A stretch of DNA of 64,000 nucleotides from Octopus vulgaris (lineage: Eukaryota): positions 118,668,001-118,732,000 of the forward strand of contig OX597821.1 in NCBI GenBank assembly GCA_951406725.2, given 5' to 3'. The notes under the pieces were generated by a model. That model made no database searches. It was not told the DNA's origin and saw only the letters and a list, made by a program, of their open reading frames with translations. Below, in pieces: positions 24,102-37,116 of this stretch; position 1 is the stretch's first letter, and each line of letters starts with the position of its first letter. The position numbers were made by a program, and so were the translations under genes.

Positions 24102-24454
24102 TAGTTTTAGTACATTATCCCACATCAAGTCACTTGCTACGCATGTACATCACCGTATAAATGTAATATAGATAAAAACAACAATCTATCTGTCTGTCTG
24201 TCTATCTGTCTGTCTGTCAATCTGTCTGTTTATAATATAATGATTGAAAATATGCTGGGCTGTGTCCGGTTTATTTCTTTTTCTCCATCTTATTAAAAAG
24301 TCAAATTACTTTGAAGAAATTATAAATGAAGATTAATCAAGGATTATTTGCTGATTACAAAATAACCTATAACAGTTTTATTTTTTCAATTCAAGTGCAT
24401 ATTTTCAATTTACTTTGTAATTTATGTATCATATACTCTTACTCTTTTCTCTTT

Positions 24455-24829
24455 TACATATTTCAGTCATTTGACTGCGGCCATGCTGGAGCACAGCCTT
24501 TAGTCGAGCAAATCGAGCCCGGGACTTATTCTTTGTAAGCCCAGTACTTATTCTATCGGTCTCTTTTGCCGAACCGCTAGGTGACGGGGATATAGACACA
24601 CCAGCATCGGTTGTCAAGCAATGCTAGGGGGACAAAAACAGACACACAAACACACATACACATACATATATATGTATATGTATACATACGACAGGCTTCT
24701 TTCAGTTTCCGTCTACCAAATCCACTCACAAGGCATTTGTCGACCCGGGGCTATAGCAGAAGACACTTGCCCAAGGTGCCACACAGTGGGACTGAACCCG
24801 GAACCATGTGGTTGGTTAGCAAGCTACTT
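24455..24829 (-). mobile_element. Octopus-type SINE/repeat composite; tRNA-derived SINE body whose head is split by the 24830-27101 insertion
   Basis: Minus strand carries a B-box-like GGTTCAGTCCC followed by CORE-like ACCTTGGGCAAGT. The A-box part (TGGCTGTGTGG) lies at 27102-27145. Confidence 0.75.
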
Positions 24830-27101
24830 TATTTCATAACATTTGCCATAAAGGCAGTACATAGAGTAAGTTAGCTTTGCGGGCTGGACGAGGACATTAA
24901 TGAAGTGAATGATAATGAAAGAAAGATGAAGCGCCCGCCCACTTCTGCTTCTCTAAAACATTGTTCTTTTAAAAACAAACACAAAACGAGGTATTAAACC
25001 TCTTACAATTTTTTCAATTTTTGTACTTAGCAGTCCATTACTAATAACAACATAGTTCAATAATTACATATATAAATACAATACACAAAGCCCCTCCTCC
25101 CAGACCTGGTTTACACTTCCCTTAGGAATGCGCCAGCTCTAGGTCGGGGCCCCTCAAGTCGTATCACAATTTGACTCGTCCTCGAAATAACTTGTGCCTG
25201 CGCCCTCCACCATCCACCACGCCTCCCTCAGAACGTAATCGAGTTCCGAGTTAGCGTCGCCCGGGACCAAGCTATAATCCTCATTGAGCTCCTTCAGCCC
25301 AAGCGTCACGTCGAACGCCACGGCCTCCACAGCTACCTGCGGAGGCCATTCGGGGTCCTGTGTGAAGGCTAAAGGTACTCCCTTGTGGTGCTTTTCCATC
25401 ACCTTTTCAATCTCTCCGCCTCTATGGAAGAGGATCAATACATTCAATTCTTTCGTTGGCGGCACAGTTCCCGCCAACGGTATTTCTTCTCCTGTCGGTG
25501 GCACAACCCCAACCGACGTAGTTCCGGGACATTCCGGTGCTATGTCACCGACAGCCGGTAATGTCCCCTTTCTCTTCCTCTTTTTCTTTTTTTTTCTTTT
25601 CAACTGAGGGAGGGTGCGTCTCCTCCGTGGCCGGAAGATTCGCCTTTCCCTCCTCATCCCTAGTATCCTTCGGTGAGCACCCATTGTTGCTCACCTTCCT
25701 CTTTCGGCCTCTGTTTGAGGAGTCCTCTGCTTCCTCGGCCGTTATCATTCCCTCTTCTACAGGGGTTTCACTTAACTGTTCCGGGATCCTATTTTGTTCC
25801 CGGGGACAGTTCTTCTTTATGTGGCCGGACTCCAAGCACCGATGACACTTAGGGGGGCGACCCTCAAGCATCACCGGGTACCTGCACCCGGCCATTTTCA
25901 AAAAATCTGGAAGAACCAGATTGGCTGATTGGGTCCAAAGGGTCAAAATTGCTTTTGACCCAACCCAAGCAGTCGCAGGAAGAACTTTTACATTAAGGAG
26001 CTTAGTTTCGCTGCTACCCAGAACCCGGCGGATAGTCTCCTCTATCCACTCGGGTTCTATCCCGGGTGGCAGCCCGCAAATCAAGCTTTCGTCAGTCTCT
26101 TTTTTGGTACGTGGGCAGGAATAAAATTTCCTTACCCTCCAGGGGTTTGCTAGCAAATTCGCAAGCCTCTTCAAGGGTGTCAAATAGCAACCATACCGTT
26201 GCATATTTGACACCCCTGGAAATGAATTTAATTGTTGGCAAATACTCTGCCAACTCCTTTTAAATTGCCGTCTTTTCGAATAGGGCGATGGTGTCGAGTG
26301 ATTTGGAGTAGGTTCTCAACACCACCGTCCTATCTTCACGGTCTTTTAACCACTTTTTAGGCGGTATGATCTCCCATTCCAAAATTTTGTCATTTTTCGT
26401 TGCCATGTTTTTTTGTTTTTTTTTAAATATATTCAAATTAAACTTAAAAGCGAGAAGAAAAAGTTCAAAAGTCCAAATAAAATTTTATAGATTTTTGAAA
26501 AAACAAAAAGGAGAAAGCACAACAGAAGGGAAGGAATCAACGGAAAGTCGCAATAAACAAATAAAAAGGGAGGGGGTGTTAAATGAAGTTCAAAAGAAAG
26601 TTAATAAACAGAAAAAACACAGCAAAAATCTTCTGGCCCTACGGTACTCCCGGCCTGAGTTGAACCTGGAACGCCGCAACTGTGACACAACCTCCACAAA
26701 AATGGGTCCGAAAGGTAATCCAATAGTGGCTTATTTTTATAATTTTCTTGCGAAGTACTCTGACAAAGGGATAAATTCAACAAACCCAAACACAGCACTG
26801 GCTACCGCCGACGGTAATTTTAACAGTAACTGTATTGGGTTCCGAGGATACGCACCTCCACTGTTTTTTTTCAATAAACACAAAAACGGCAGCCGCCGAG
26901 AGCAGGCGGAATTGTCTCAGAGTTGGACACAACTTACTGAAATAATAATTGGCACGTAATAAATTATGCCCAACTCACAATAAACAAAATCACTCACCTC
27001 GACAACTTTCCGTTTTTAGTCTTTTTTCTGTAATTGGACGGAGCTGGTTACTCACGTCCACTCTGGCTCAACAGGAAGTAACTGACTAACTGCGCATGTG
27101 T
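24830..27101 (-). mobile_element. ORF1-only Tx1-type non-autonomous retroelement with 15-bp TSD
   Basis: TSD GTTAGCAAGCTACTT at 24815-24829 and 27102-27116. ORF1 runs from ATG 26406 (MATKNDKILEWEIIPPKKWLKDREDRTVVLRTYS) to ~25154 with one stop and about two frameshifts, and contains the zinc knuckle 'EGRPPKCHRCLESGHIKKNCP'. No EN or RT sequence. Confidence 0.82.
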
Positions 27102-27113
27102 GTTAGCAAGCTA

Positions 27114-27200
27114 CTTACCACACAGCCACTCCTGCGCCTATACTTACCACACAGCCACTCCTGCGCTTATACTTACCACACAGCCACTCCTGCGCCTATA
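27114..27200. repeat. Three tandem 29-bp copies of the SINE 5' head
   Basis: CTTACCACACAGCCACTCCTGCGC(C/T)TATA x3. Confidence 0.9.
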
Positions 27201-27502
27201 CATATTTATATGTATAAATAATATTAGTGCGTGTAATACATATACTAGCAAACCACCGGAGGGGCAGTTTTCCTGCGAGTAGGACTAATAATTAATATGT
27301 GTTCATGTCTGAAAAGTTATTATGTTTGTGGTAGCGTAAATTTTACTGATGACATTCTATTAAAAATAAATGTTTCATCATCTGTTCACATAAAACTATT
27401 TTGCATTCATTAATTACGTATTTTAAGAATTTGACAATTTAAACGGGTCTCGTTATTTTTTTACAGTTTAATCTGCCTGGGTCATTTTTAATTGTAAAAA
27501 TA

Positions 27503-27710
27503 ACCATTCCTACTCTAGAAACAAAGCCTGCAATTTGGGGGTAAGGGACCTATTCCTTTACATTGATCGCACGGCTAAATTAGTATTTATTTTATCGACC
27601 CCGAAAGAAGGAAAGGCAAAGGCAGTCTCGGCGGAATTTGAACTCGAAATGTAAATACGGACGAAATGCCGCTAAGCATTTTGTTCCGATGTATTCAACG
27701 ATTCTGACTT
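27503..27710 (-). mobile_element. tRNA-derived SINE with Nin/Deu-like central domain
   Basis: Minus strand GAGTTCAAATTCCGCCGAG...TTTGCCTTTC..CTTTCGGGGTCGATAAAATAA. Related copies at ~30007-30200, 32555-32745, 33015-33190, 52972-53165 and 53415-53590 (+), with a fragment near 23010. Confidence 0.75.
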
Positions 27711-28172
27711 TTAATTGTAAAACTAATACAATCAAACAATAATTAACAATAATTAACATCTATTATGCGATGGGATCGACTGATATTATATCATATTAAT
27801 GTGACAATAAGCAACAATCCAAATAATTAAAGCAATAATATAATTCTATGAGAGACACAACACGTTTTATAAGCACCAAAGTTTCCCTACTGTCCGTTGG
27901 TTGAATGTGCCATAAGGAGATTTGGTGGCATCAGACAAATAACATCAAAGTTCAGATAGTAGTCAGATCCAAATCATCGTGTATGCAATGTTATAAATAA
28001 TAAATTCAGTATAAGTAAACATTGAATGAGAAACAACTTCTTTGACCTCACAGCAAGTAACATATCGGTCTGTTTTACTCTAACATTGTGTTTAAAGCTG
28101 TGAGATCAATAACATAAGCAATTAGCGAAGAACATAATCGATGAAAATATGTAGAAAGAATCAAGTACTTAC

Positions 28173-28372
28173 AAAGATGTAGTATTTGGGGGTATATTTT
28201 TGGGGACTGAAGTTAACTGTTTGCCTATACAATCTACATTTCCAGACGAATCGCAATTACATATGGTGCATGTATCTGGCACAGCATGAGCCCCGAAAAC
28301 CAATCTTGTATACAGTATCAACATAAATGTCCATTGGACTAACATAGTTTGACGGAACATATTTTCAGGCAT
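28173..28372 (-). CDS. LRR gene first coding exon: signal peptide + LRRNT cap
   Basis: MPENMFRQTMLVQWTFMLILYTRLVFGAHAVPDTCTICNCDSSGNVDCIGKQLTSVPKNIPPNTTS(L): hydrophobic leader and CxxCxC...VDC..LTSVPxNIP LRRNT motif. Phase-2 donor TT|GTAAGT at 28172. Acceptor TTTTCTTCTTTTACAG just upstream (exon starts 28376). Confidence 0.9.
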
Positions 28373-28839
28373 AAATCTGTAAAAGAAGAAAATAGAAAAT
28401 ATCAGACTTCGATGTTATGACTTTCATGCCGCAGATTCTTCGAAGGAAGCAAAGTTCCCCCCCTGTTCCATGTGACGAATATGGCTTTGTTTTCATAATT
28501 TGTTATTTAAAATTAAAAATTTATGTTTCGAGAAATCAGTGTGAAGAAATTTATTAGAGATAATAGCTTTAATGGGTGATAATGGCAAAGAAAACTGGAC
28601 ATCAAACACACACACACACACAAACAAACAAACGGTCCCCTACACATTCCCATACAGTAACCATATTTGGTGGATCTACTGTCAAATTAATGAATCATAA
28701 GTTTCAGGACCCTAAACTTGTGGTGCTTCTAAACCCAATTAGGCTGCTAAATCCGATGGGTCCCCTTAAGCACCTGTATTGTAACGAATGATTTTTTCTG
28801 CACCCAAGGTTTTAAGGCGTTCACACGAATTATATTTGT

Positions 28840-28908
<69 letters not shown>

Positions 28909-31269
28909 GATTGATACATATTTCTTTATTAAATACCTATTTGATACAGAAGACGGGTTATAATTAAGAGCTTTATTTAGTACATCAGTCATTTCGGTTA
29001 CCTTCTGTACTGCTCCCTTGTGAATAGGGAACGATGTAATGACATCAGATGCGTCGCACAGAGCAAAAGATCCTAATCAGGTGACGTAATAGCCTTAAGC
29101 AATTGTAAGGCTTACATTATGCTCCAAGCTAGCTGTTGGTGGTATTATGGTGTGTTGCTAGTAGTTCACAAACATGTGTGTGTATGTGTCCGTGAATGTG
29201 TAAATATAGATGGCTGCGTCTATGTACATACGCCGTATGTCACAAGAGCGTATATAAGTGATTGTATATCCGTGTGTATGTGTCTATAAATGTATTGTGT
29301 GTGTCTATAACTGTGGCTGCCCGGGTAGATTTAACATAATATGTTAAAGGCATCCCTGCGGCTACATTTCGTCGGACTGAATCAACAAACATTATATATA
29401 CTCATATATATACACGCACACATATATACATACTAATATATGAATATGTAAGTATATGAGAATATATTTGCATATATGCGCATGTTCATGTGTGTGCGAG
29501 TGTGTGTGTGTGTGCGTGTGTGTGTGTGACTACATCATTATATATGAATGTATATGTATCAAAAGGTTTAGGAAACGCCAGTATAATGAACTCCGAACTA
29601 GTGCTCATAAAAGTCCAAAACTTTTAAAACCCTTCTTCTTAATCAGGCAAAAGCATTTCCGGAGGGAAAGAGTTAGATATAAGAACCGTTTAGCTCAAGC
29701 GTATGGCCTTAAATATTATTTACTTTATTAACATGGTGTTGTATAGTAATTGACATATTTCTAATTAGCGAAGCAAAATTATAGATTGTTTTTGTACATC
29801 TGTTTGAAAACGTCAGTGGCTATTTGATGCAGCAATGTGTATTTTGCAAATGGGAGATGATCGATGCAGAAATTATAATAAATTTATAATCATATAACTC
29901 AAAACATTCAAACTTAGTGTCTTTGAAGAGACGATTGTTGTCTGTAGAAGCAGACTTTAGAAGAACGCGATTGATTTAGTTACATACCAATATTTAAAAG
30001 CGTGAAATGGCGGTAAGCTGGGGGAATCCTTAGCGAATCAGGTAAATTGACAATTTTCTTTGTCTTTATTTTCAAATTCCACCTAGATCGACTTTGCTTT
30101 TTATTATTTCAGGGTCAATAAAATAAGTACCATTTGAGCAACTGGGTCGATGAAATCGAATTACCCCTTCCCCAGTCTTGCTGGCTGTGTGCTAAAATGT
30201 TCAAGTAATATTTTAACGAAAGGGTGGGGTATTTAACCACTTATGTGCCTATCCTATTGTCTTATGTAACTTTATTGTCTAAAACTGCAGAGGCTTTCTC
30301 ATATGCATATCGAATAAATGGCACAATTGTTATTAATCTTTGGGTGCTTTATTTTTACAACGACAGTCACAGTATTTCCTGTTGTTGTACGTTATTGGCG
30401 AATCTTCTTTAAAACCGGCAAAATATATACGTTTTATAATCTCCTGAACATTACTCCACCACTCATATTTATTTAGTCATCTTCATTATGTATATTGACA
30501 AAGCATTGTCTGCTCCTTCCTGCAAAAGGAAGTTGGTATGAATAGATTTCCAGTGGATGCAAATGTTGCGAATGTCGCGAATATGAGACTTGTTACCACA
30601 AATCAGTAATCCACAGAAAATGGCTGAACGATCCTCTTCCATTTTCTACATTGGTGACTCGTCAATACAAAGTTTGTCTGACGTGATAGCGTTGAGGAGT
30701 GCCCCCTTCCCAGTGGTCTTTCTTCAGACCGGACGCCAGGTCTTGTTTTCAGTTCTGCTGACTTTCTAGGAACACAACATTCCCAGGCATCACCGAGTTG
30801 ACGGCAACTAAACCGGTTCACACACACACACACGCATACACACACACACACGCATACACACACACACATACATACATAATACATACATACATACACACAT
30901 ACATACATACACAAGCATACATACATACATACATAGACACATACATACATACATACATACATACATACATACATACAAACATACATACATACATACATAC
31001 ATATATACATACACACACATATATATATATACACACATATATACATACACAAACACACATGAATATATATACAGACAGACAGACAGACAAACATACACAC
31101 ACAAACATACACACATACACACATACATATATACATACACTCATACATACATATATACATACATATATATACACATATATATATATATATATATAAATAT
31201 ATATATGCACACATATATATATATACATACACACACACATGGATATATATACATACACACATACATAAA

Positions 31270-31830
31270 TGTCTGCCAGAGGCTTAACATCAATCCAGAT
31301 TGCTTTTGAATGTCGTATCCTAACCCTTCAGCAACACCTCTTAACCTTGACCAAGTTTGCATAGATGAGGCTGATGATATCATAAGATTTGGAAGGTAAC
31401 TCCTTGAGCAGCATTCCTTGTCAGATAACCTGAAATGCATACCCATAGAAGTTGTGCGACTCTATCGCTACGTATCATTGGGGAAACGATGAGCATATAT
31501 CAGCAGAATATTATTCATGGATATATTTGTAGAAGGCTCTATTATGATAGTAACACTGATCATCAAAGCGATCAATGATGGACCAATAGCCGGATTACTA
31601 CCTCCCACTTTGAAGGTATCCGGTTGCAATTCGGAAACAGAAAATATCAACCAAATACCTACAGCACAAAAGCGATAGAGATGCAGGAAGAGTAGTAAAA
31701 TGCTCATCTGGTGCAGATTTTGTGGGGTTAACACCGAACACATCAACCATTCATAAGCAGTTGTCTGAAAATGTTATCACAGTAAAATCTACCGATGAGG
31801 CATGATGTGGTAGCAAGGACACACTGTGAT
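31270..31830 (+). mobile_element. R4/Dong-like (RLE) non-LTR fragment; duplicated and longer at 51100-52260
   Basis: Frameshifted 'TTSHFEG...STKYLQHK...CRFCGVNTEHINH..SSC...MRHDVVART'. Confidence 0.65.
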
Positions 31831-32848
31831 GAAATTCATTGGAAGGGTAACACCGGCGCTTTCTCTACAGGCAAAACTTCTTGAAATAAAATCAGATAAT
31901 GTCATACATATATACATTGCCATACTCAGTGCCCCGATCCATCATTCAGTGAGACATCCAATTGCTAGAATTCTTCTACTGAATATTTTTAGAGCAGAAC
32001 AAAAAAGATATTTGATATTTGACAAAACTGCAAACATCATTTTTACAAAACCAATAGCGTTCCTTAACTTTTTTAAATTCTATTTATAGCATTTATGTTT
32101 CACTTTGTTTAGGGATAAACTTGTATTTAATTTAATTCAAAATTAAAAGTATTTTTTTGTTTTTCGGATTTTAAGATTTTTCTTCCAAGTACTTAGTTTT
32201 AATATAAGATATAGAAGAGTTTAAAACGAAACAAGTCTTGATAAACATTACGATGGTGTACTTCATTTCAAATTCTACTTTCAAATTATTGGGAATTATA
32301 AAGATAACCTAAACACATTTGATGGCGACGCCCTTGTACGACAAACACGGCTGTGGGACCGCTCATAGAATATATAGGGAACATTAAACATTATAATAAT
32401 TTTAGGATGATGGAATGTTTATATAAGCATTCCAATGAAATACGACTAACACAAAGTTTTCTCAGTTACCATTTACAAATAGTGATCGAGTGAACACAAT
32501 CAATGGAGTTAGAGTTGCTGTTCCTTTATAACTTTGAATATTTCTAATAAAATGGGCGGTGAAATGGCAAAGGTGCTATCATTTCAAACAAAATGCTTTG
32601 CAGGATTTCTCTGGGGTCTTTACGTTCTGAGTTGAAATCCTGCCAGGGTCACCTTTGCCCTTCATACCTCTTCGGTACTGAGGATGAATTAACTGACTGT
32701 CCACCTCAAACAGAAGCAATTCCCGGCATTGTGCCGAAACCAGAAATAACTTTATAACGGTCTCTCTTCGATTTCATTACAATGAATTACTACGCTATGT
32801 CACATGTGTTTATGTATGCTGCCTCTGTGTCTGTGTACATATATATAT

Positions 32849-32892
<44 letters not shown>

Positions 32893-33471
32893 GAATGCAT
32901 AAGTATAAAACTCAATACATCCAAATTTAGTTGATTTGAAGAGGGCATTGTTTTTCTGCAGAAGGGCTTCGAAAATGCAATTGATTTGGTTACAGACCAA
33001 TAACTAAGAATATGATAAGGCAGCTTTGCGACATCTCGTCTGTCTTAATTTTTTCTGAGTTCAAATACCGCCGAGGTCGATTTTGCTTTTCATTATTTCA
33101 GGATCGATAACATAGGTTCCATCAGTTGAGCACTGGGGTCGATGCAATCGACTTACCCTTCCGCCGACATTACTTGCCTTATGACAAAATATGTAAGCAA
33201 TATACTAATGCATGGTATCATCAACAAAAAGACGGATGAAAGAGATGGGCGTTAGTGAAGCTAAAGGGGAGAAGGCGATGGTAGATGAGGTTTGGAGGCC
33301 CAGAGCGATCAAAAGTAAGAGAGGGAGGGTGAGATTGAAGAAGAGAGAAACCTCTAGAAAAAATGAGAAAAGTCTAGAAGGAATAGTGGAAAACAACAAA
33401 GTAAAAATGAAAACCGAGAACTTATAACCCTGACTTTATATATACATATATAAATACACACACACACACAG

Positions 33472-33537
<66 letters not shown>

Positions 33538-33654
33538 ATACTAATATATACATCCAGACGTATATATGCATGAATGTGTTAATGAATGTACGTGACCGTA
33601 TATATATATTTGACAAGATTGCTAAATATAAATATATATATATATATATATATT

Positions 33655-34290
33655 TATATTTACTAATCTTGTCAAATTCTTTCGCAAGGAATACTCATGT
33701 CAATTAATAAACACACCTTTTTTGTCTGATCTTTTATAATGATATACGGTTTATTATCTTTTATAGTTTAGTCGGTGTATACGGGGAAGTCCCACAGAAT
33801 CGACTCCTTTTCTCCCTAAGTTACAGCATCGGGATGATGTTTATACCATTTGTCAGCGATTTTGATTTTATAATGCCGCCATATTGTCCAGTATAAATAC
33901 TGGCCGACTCTGTCATGTCTTGCTTTATATTCTACAGGTGCTAAGACTCTACACCCTGAGATTAGGTGGTCTATTGTTTCGATCTCATCGTTACAGAATC
34001 GGCATTTTGGGTCAGCTCCATTTTTTATCACATTGGCTTGGTAATTCCAAGTTAATAAGCTTTGTTCATGAGCAGCTAATATGAAAACTTCACTCTCTGC
34101 TTTTAGCCCTGAGCTTCGTAACCATTGATGCGTGTGTTTCTGGTCGACATCAGCTTGTTTGCTACGGGCCACTTACTTGCCATGCAGAGGTTTCTCTTCC
34201 CATCTGCAAGCTAATTTTTAATGTGCTTTTATTTTCGCAATTAATTTTCTTTTCTTTGCAGCAGCTGTTGGCGCATTTCCTTCAACCTGA
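33655..34290 (-). mobile_element. R4/Dong-clade fragment
   Basis: 'HQWLRSSGLKAESEVFILAAHEQSL...CRFCNDEIETIDHLISGC...ARHDRVGQY', homologous to the 7046-8820 ORF. Confidence 0.85.
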
Positions 34291-34445
34291 TAAATATAGG
34301 ACGAAAGCTGCCGTTGATTAGCTCCAAGAGGCCATCGCCTCTAGCTAGCTATTTGATACGCGAACCTGTGTCCATTATAACCTTCGAACAGGAGAGGTTA
34401 GCCGCTTCCCCTTGCTTTATTATAATATTATACACTTTGAACCCA

Positions 34446-34503
<58 letters not shown>

Positions 34504-34544
34504 GTTATTATCATTATTGTTATTGTCGTTGTTATTGCTGTTGT

Positions 34545-37071
34545 TTTGAGCGCTCCGTAAGTTGGGATTTTGTTGTGGCTTTTTGAAGGTTTTTGACTGT
34601 TTTGTTTGTTTTTGTTTTGTGAACCCTTTTTGCTGTGCAGAAGCGGTTCTTTTGTTAAAAGTTCTCCCTTTTAGGAGCGAATTTTGGACTTTTTGTCTAT
34701 TAGAAATGTTTTTATTTATTTTTTTTATTTTTTTGCTGTTCGTCAAACGAAGAACAAGATGGCTTCCTCTGTCGAGGGGAGTGACAGCGGCTGTTCTGAT
34801 GGCCAGCACTGCGAAGATTTCACCCCCACTGAATAGCACAAGTACCAACACCACTAACAGCACCAACACTACCATTAACAGGGGAAAAGAAGAAAAAAGT
34901 CAGGAAAGCACCACCAACACCGTCATGAACACTGACAAAAATGAAAAATCAAACAGGAACAACAACGACAAACCAAGCGGCAACGATTTCGCCTCGGCGG
35001 CGAAACAAACCAGGCAAAGTATTCAGTTAACTATCGATCACTTAAGAAATGTAAAGGGGCTGTTTAGGAAGGAGGGGCATAATCCCTTCCTTAACACACC
35101 ACGAAAATTGATAAAAGAAACGCAGAAAAAAAAACGGTGATGTACAGAATATTAAATATTTTTTGAAAAAAGAGTGAAACGAGCGACTCAACAGCCATTG
35201 GAAATAGCATTAAAACCAGAATAGAAGCGGAAAACATATGTGAGGCGTGGAAGACTCTTCGGCACTGTAGAAGTGAGTTTTGCAACAGAAGAAGAAGCAA
35301 AGCAGCATGTCACTGTGACATTTATAAACTGAAGAATTCCTGCTCGTGCCGACATTGTTAAGTCGGCAGGTTACAAAGATAAAAATTAGGGCGGTGGCCC
35401 CGAAATGAATATATGCTGACTTGTACCGGCTGTCCTCTTTGATATAGAGGATACCGCCACAATACTGGAGGTTCATAAATTGCACCAACAAAATTGGACG
35501 GGCCATTGATTGGAACTCCTCGTTCAAATTGAACAAGAAGCCCTAAATTCTATCCTTGGTTCTATAAATTTAGCAGACGGCACGAGGCTAATCGTGGCCG
35601 TGGAGGGCAGGAGGCCGAGGTGCTACTTTTGTGAAAATGATCAGCACCTCAAGGTCGACTGCCCCAAATACAAAGAGATGCGACGGAAGCTACAAGCGAC
35701 AGTAGAAACGGTGGCACCTCCAGTGCATCAGCAGCAGAAACCAACCCCATCAATAGCAACAGCGACGCCACCTCCAACCGTCGCCAGGGCACCACCATCA
35801 CCAACACCAACAACGAAAATAAATACCAGTCGGAGTACCACTACCGCCAGTAGCAATAGCACCACCACCAACTACTGTTGAAGTAGCGGCAGCAACAAAT
35901 GAACCGCAGCAAAAGCAAGAGCCAGAGGGGTGAGTGGCAAACAGTTCCCCCTAGAAAAGAAAAAGATAGTAGAAGAAAAGAGGGGGAGGTGCAAACAGGA
36001 GAATCTCCCCAACAGCAGCAACACGCACACACAGCCACCGACAACAGCACTATCACCAGCACTACAACCTCAAACTACAAAACACACTGCACAACACAAA
36101 CAGACTGCACAAACACCACCAACCTCACAGCCATCAACACCGACAATACACACCTTGTCGAATACATTAGAGAAAACACAGACACCACAATGGAAGACTT
36201 TGTCTTCCCAACACACAATGCACAATCACCACACATACAAATTTCTGAAAGTAACACAGGACACCTACAACACATTAAAAATTAATTTTTCAAATGCTGT
36301 TGGGTCATTCCAAAAAGCATTCTCTAAGAGACTATATGGAAATCTCGTGGAAACGCTCACAAGAAAGACCAAGAGGTCACCCCTGCTAGACAACAGTGGT
36401 AAGTAGAGCTCTTCTCCATTCTAAATTTATTCTACCAAGGTGATGCTCAGAATAGGTCATATAAATGTCAGGGGCCTCGGGTGGCATGGAAACAGAGTCA
36501 CCTTTCAAATGACCTGAGGTTCCTTAGTGTATATGTTATAGCCATTAGTGAATCCAGTCTATCCGACCCACGGGACCTCATCACCTTTTTCGGTGGATAC
36601 GAGATTTTTCTATCTCCGCGTCGGTCGAAAAGGGACGGTGGAAGGACTGTCGTGCTCTTCAAGAAGGGTGTATATTTGAAAATAAAGGCAGTTTTCCTGG
36701 ATCCAGAAGGTAAGTTGGTTGTCCTGGATGTGAACAGCTGTGACGATGGTGCTTTCAGACGAGTCGCTGCCTACCTTCCGGTTGGAAAGCTGCTTTGTAC
36801 AGCTGCATCTGCTCGGTTGTTCGTGTGAATGGTCACCTGTCTGAGCCAATCAGCATCTTGCGTTCCGTCCCTCAAGGGTGCTCTCTCTCTCTTTCTTTCT
36901 CTCTCTCTCTCTCTTTCTCTCTCTCCTCCATTCTGTGTGTACTGACTCTTGAACCATTTACTGCGGAAGCTGGGGGCGTAGAGGGGTGTCCCGTGTGATC
37001 TGCTCGGTTGTTCGTGTGAATGGTCACCTGTCTGAGCCAATCAGCATCTTGCGTTCCGTCCCTCAAGGGTG

Positions 37072-37116
<45 letters not shown>

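Noticed and set aside
26366-26959. 197-aa plus-strand ORF
   Set aside because: Antisense to the 5' UTR of the ORF1-only element, compositionally biased, no recognisable motif.
24780-27145. tRNA gene
   Set aside because: The A/B-box sequence is a SINE head, interrupted by an insertion and without a full cloverleaf.
33205-33427. Short ORFs duplicated at 53602-53824
   Set aside because: No splice signals or domain I can support; probably a fragment of an unidentified repeat carried in the segmental duplication.
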